The position numbers and the translations under genes are program-made. Below are positions 48,906 through 52,793 of a stretch of 52,793 nucleotides of DNA, one piece after another; the stretch's first letter is position 1, and each line of letters starts with the position of its first letter. The stretch comes from Phoronis australis (taxonomy: Eukaryota; Animalia; Phoronida), in assembly GCA_002633005.1 (NCBI GenBank), contig NMRA01001124.1, positions 1 through 52,793 of the forward strand, given 5' to 3'. The notes under the pieces are model-generated. The model ran no database searches. It saw nothing but the letters and a program-made list of their open reading frames with translations, and was not told the origin of the DNA.

Positions 48906-50754
48906 AAAGCAGCCAAAAGGAGAAAGAAGAACGCTAGTTTGTTTATTCACTGTAGTTCAACGAGGGATTCTGCTGCTCCCGCTTAGTAGGCAAATGAGCT
49001 GGCTTCCTCACAGGGTTGAAGGCCCAAGTTGACACAAAACTTCTGGCCCGGCCAGTCTCATGAAAAGTGATTTAAGACTTCAGACAGGAATTTTTAAATA
49101 CGCTCTAGTCATCAGAATATAATTAGTCTCACTTGTGCAGTAGTTCAAAGTCTCAGAGAATATACACATAACCGTTAGTTACTGGATTAATTTCTAGGAA
49201 TTATTCCTAGCCTGTGATGTATTCATAATTACTTGGCTAAACCTTTCTCAACAATTGTAAAGAGGGAGCGGGAGACAAATTTCTGTCTTCAGGCTTACGT
49301 CACTTTCATCAAACAGGCCCCTGAATAATTGGACACTTTAAATTATTATTGCAGCCCAAATTATTTACTTCGTAAACCACCACTTGCGTGTACGTCATGA
49401 TATCCGGCCAACTACTGTACATCACATACACGTAGTGTGGTGTTTTCAGACGACAGAAAGTATGGCATTATCTCGCAATATCGCGCAACAAAAGCAATGG
49501 CAAACTGCCAGTCCTGCTTTTGATAACTGGGCTCCTCTTGTTCTGTTTCCCTTCACGTAAATTGTGTCCTTGCCAATACTGCTTTGAGCGAAATGACGGA
49601 TACAATAGTTCAGACGACGTGTTTTTCGCACTTCCTCGTGAGGCTAGAGTGACTCATTTCCTGACGATCCTGCAACCAGATCTTAATTTGGACCGTCGAC
49701 ACTGACCCAAATTGTCACAAGTTATTCAGAAGTTGTGTCAGTTTGAACCGACTCAATTTTAGCTTGCACAGTAATTCATTTAATCCTTTAATTGTCTCCC
49801 AAAGTGTCCGTGATATGCTTTCTCTAGCCTTGTATTCAGCAAAGCACAATCACTCCAGCAGTGTGGAGCACTTAATATTTGTTGGGATCATTTTTAAGCT
49901 TTATTAATATGTAGATAAAACCGAGATGAGGAGTTAGAGACCGGACTCAAGGGTCTAACACTGTTGCTCATGTGGGATCACGGTTCTAAACAAACGGCTT
50001 CAGTGCGTTTACAGGAATCGGACACTTATCACGGTAGGCCACACTACATGTACCTCTTACGCACCAAGTCGACGAAGTGGGTGATCGGATTTATATGAAA
50101 CATTCAGATACCGTGATTTCTTTTCTCTTTTCCTATACATTATTAGGAGCTGTTTTAAAATGTTCACTTTTATATGAAAGGCTAAGAAAGTATGACCTCA
50201 ACGCTAAAAACAAAATTTGTTTACACGTCGACGAAATTATTCAGAAAAGCAGTACGTTTTTGAGATTTCGTCTTGAACACATAAAAACGTAGTTTGGTCA
50301 AGTTGTTGACATCATTGTTTTGTCGCCAATAATCATTTTGTTTTCTTTTTAACCAGGAAGTCGGCGTGCGCATGCTTAGAAATGGAAAACATCCGGTAAA
50401 CCGGTCATCAATTTTTTTCTAAATTGGACTATCTAAAATTAGAACATAATTAGCTGCATAGGATGTATTCATCGATTCTCATTAGTATAAAAATAAAAAC
50501 AGATGAATGAACACTGGACTGACATTTTTCATTTGGTATTCTTTAGTTTCAATGCTTGAATAAATTTGAAAACGTTTCACATATAGTAGAACAGTAACTG
50601 TCTTTAAAAGCAGTTTACGTTTTGTCAAATGGTATCCTTCACCAAGGGTCGAACATACAACGACCTGGTTTGGCCGGGTCCAGTACATAAGTGAGCTTTC
50701 ACCAACAGTTGCGAATTAGAAAGCACAGTACTTTGTTTGCTATCAATGTTGTGA

Positions 50755-50893
50755 CATGGGCGGCGCTGCACTGAAAAAAGTGGAGCTATAGCCCCCCAGC
50801 CCCGCCTGTGGTGCACCGCCCATAGACCATGTGCTGTTCAGCACTGAAAAGTGGGGCTATAGCTCCCCAGTCCCCTATGGTGCGCTGCCCGTG
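50755..50893. mobile_element. Short dimeric MITE-like repeat, same family as 42349-42521
   Basis: Two ~68-bp units, CATGGGCGGCGCTGCACTGAAAAAAGTGGAGCTATAGCCCC...GCCCGTG. Confidence 0.65.
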
Positions 50894-51899
50894 TGTGTGA
50901 GTTTCACCTTGTGATACCAGTTGAATTGATGACGACAGGCAAGCCAGGAGTCTTCGTGGCACTGTTGCTTGAGCTGCCCCTCAATTTCCACACCTCCATG
51001 GTTGACACAGTATATTCACAATCCAGGACATTATACAGTGCATGACTCTCAAACTGTAGAATGATTGGCCGTATGACCGAATTTTGCACATGCACCGAAA
51101 ACAATCGCCTCCAATGGCATCCGGGACACCTCGGGTAATTTCGTAGCTTCATTCTTACCCTACGAAGTGAATGCTATTTGCACTTTTGCAAATAGTAAGA
51201 AAGGCTATTGAGCCTGCACGACTAGGCAGTTGGAACAGTTTTTAACTCAAAGAGCGCACCATGTTGTATAAGGTGGAAAATACTCCATTTGGTATGGATT
51301 GAAAATGTACCCTTTTGTTGGAAAGCTGGTGTTGAAAACCATCTTAGTGTCATGTTCTGTATACACTTTCCCTGGGAGTACCCCTTAGAAAGGTTTAAGA
51401 GGGACACTGAAAACTCAAGGAGGGCGAAGTAAACTCTACACCTATCAACAAAGAACGTGGGTCGAATATCCCAGAAAGTAAAACTACAAGTGTTTTGTTC
51501 CAATCAGAATGTACCACTCAGGTGCGTGTTTTTGAAGTTGAAGCTGCTATGAGTCCGTCTTCTGTTAACAACACTACTCTTTGAAATGGACCACTTTACC
51601 AATTGCCGGTGGATCAAGCCATCTGATCGAGCCCGAGGTCTCAAATGTTCTAAAAAGCCCCGAAACCACCACTAATTTGAGTAAGAAACGGAATGAGACC
51701 AATGGTGGGTCTAGACAGAGGTTGAATTCATACCAGCTGTAAAAAAACGGTTCGTTTTATGGATTAGAAGCTCAAAAATGACCGTTTTTTCAAATTAACA
51801 CACGTTCATAATTGTGATACATTTCACAGTGCATTCAATAGTTTTGTTTCTCTCTTGTTAAACAATTTCTAGTCCAAATTCTTCAGTTTAAAATCCCTT

Positions 51900-52200
51900 A
51901 AATAATAATAATAATAATACTGTTTATTGTACATAGTAGGCTTAGCCTACACGTACATAAATACATAAATTCAAACGTATATTCAGAATATTTACACGAA
52001 GAGAAGTTAAAGGGATGATCTTATTGAAATATACCTCGACGAAAGGGTAAATTTTTCATCGAGAGTGCCAGTTCTGGTTTCTTAAAAAGTGGACATTCCA
52101 CTGAACTTTCATCACATGGCACTCTGCCTAGTACGTAGAGCGTCCTTATAAACTTGTTTAAATGGTTAAATTCGTGACCATGATAAGTTTTAGTTTATTT
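51900..52200 (-). mobile_element. Possible 3' end of a degenerate non-LTR retroelement
   Basis: Minus strand ends CAATAAACAG followed by a (TAT)n tail; a degenerate VECPLFKK peptide lies upstream. Weak support. Confidence 0.4.
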
Positions 52201-52357
52201 CTAAACAATTTCCAGGTGGTAAAGGCCATAGCATGTGTCTTGACTATCCTCATTACACCCAGCAGGTGTTACTTTCACCTTTGATAGTTATGCTTTCACG
52301 AGGTGGTACAAGTGAACTTTAGCTGGCATCCAGGTATTTAATCGATTCCTAATGTGT

Positions 52358-52420
52358 GTAGTAGTGGTAGCGGTAGTGGTAGTCGTAGTCGTAGTCGTAG
52401 TCGTAGTGGTAGTGGTAGTA
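52358..52420 (+). repeat. (GTAGTC/GTAGTG)n simple repeat
   Basis: Directly visible in the sequence. Confidence 0.9.
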
Positions 52421-52612
52421 ATTCAGTTAATGCAAATTAACGCTTGTGGTGACTTCGTGAAGGACCCGAAGGGTCCGCTGACCACGGAGCCACCAGAGAA
52501 ATAAAAATACATTGTTAAAGATAATCAGAATTACAAAATTAGGTGATAATGTAACTACTTGTAAAAAGACTAAGAGAGACTATCGAAAATAGTTACACAC
52601 AAATCAGTTGGT

Positions 52613-52793
52613 AACTCTATTAGGATCCACGGCATTGGTGAACAGCCAAACGAGGACTGCGACCGTATTGTTAAAAACTTCTTTCAGGAAAATCTCAACC
52701 TGTCAATCGATCTGGAAAAGATAGACCGTGCTCACCGAGTAGGAAAAACACCCCCAGATACGGCCTCAAGAAGACTAAGAAGTTCTAGTTCTG
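52613..52793 (+). mobile_element. LINE ORF1 fragment (L1-ORF1p-like RRM as found in L1/CR1/L2-group elements), runs off the window
   Basis: NSIRIHGIGEQPNEDCDRIVKNFFQENLNLSIDLEKIDRAHRVGK matches the N.RI.G..E ... IDRAHR.G ORF1 signature. Confidence 0.78.

Noticed and set aside
50904-51503. Coding-looking stretches on the minus strand downstream of the sulfotransferase
   Set aside because: No recognisable motif or consistent splice/frame model in the frames I translated.

Overview
AT-rich animal genomic DNA with spliceosomal introns, probably a highly heterozygous marine invertebrate (species not identifiable from this window). Most ORFs in the supplied track are noise. Two real + strand genes can be spliced by hand. 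(1) A 15-exon secreted TGFBI/periostin-type fasciclin gene, 9178-40058, about 691 aa: signal peptide, EMI domain, four FAS1 domains, and a probable GC-AG first intron. (2) A 2-exon galactose-3-O-sulfotransferase (GAL3ST family) gene, 47410-48905, about 401 aa. Inside the fasciclin gene, 21077-25150 recurs at 25152-33637 across a single N. This is most likely two haplotypes assembled in tandem, which allows direct allele-versus-allele comparison. That comparison shows TA sites converted to TACATGTA, TAGCGCTA or TACAGTGTA, which look like Tc1/mariner excision footprints; TACATGTA is strongly over-represented across the whole window (about 27 loci). Introns and intergenic DNA are rich in non-autonomous DNA transposons with readable TIRs and TSDs. 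These include a triple nest: a 6-bp-TSD element contains a Helentron-type element, which carries a CTCF-motif-bearing higher-order tandem array and a TA-flanked MITE. There are also an ISL2EU-like THAP remnant, a hAT transposase remnant, LINE fragments and minisatellites. No prokaryotic systems, CRISPR arrays, rRNA or intact tRNA genes were seen.
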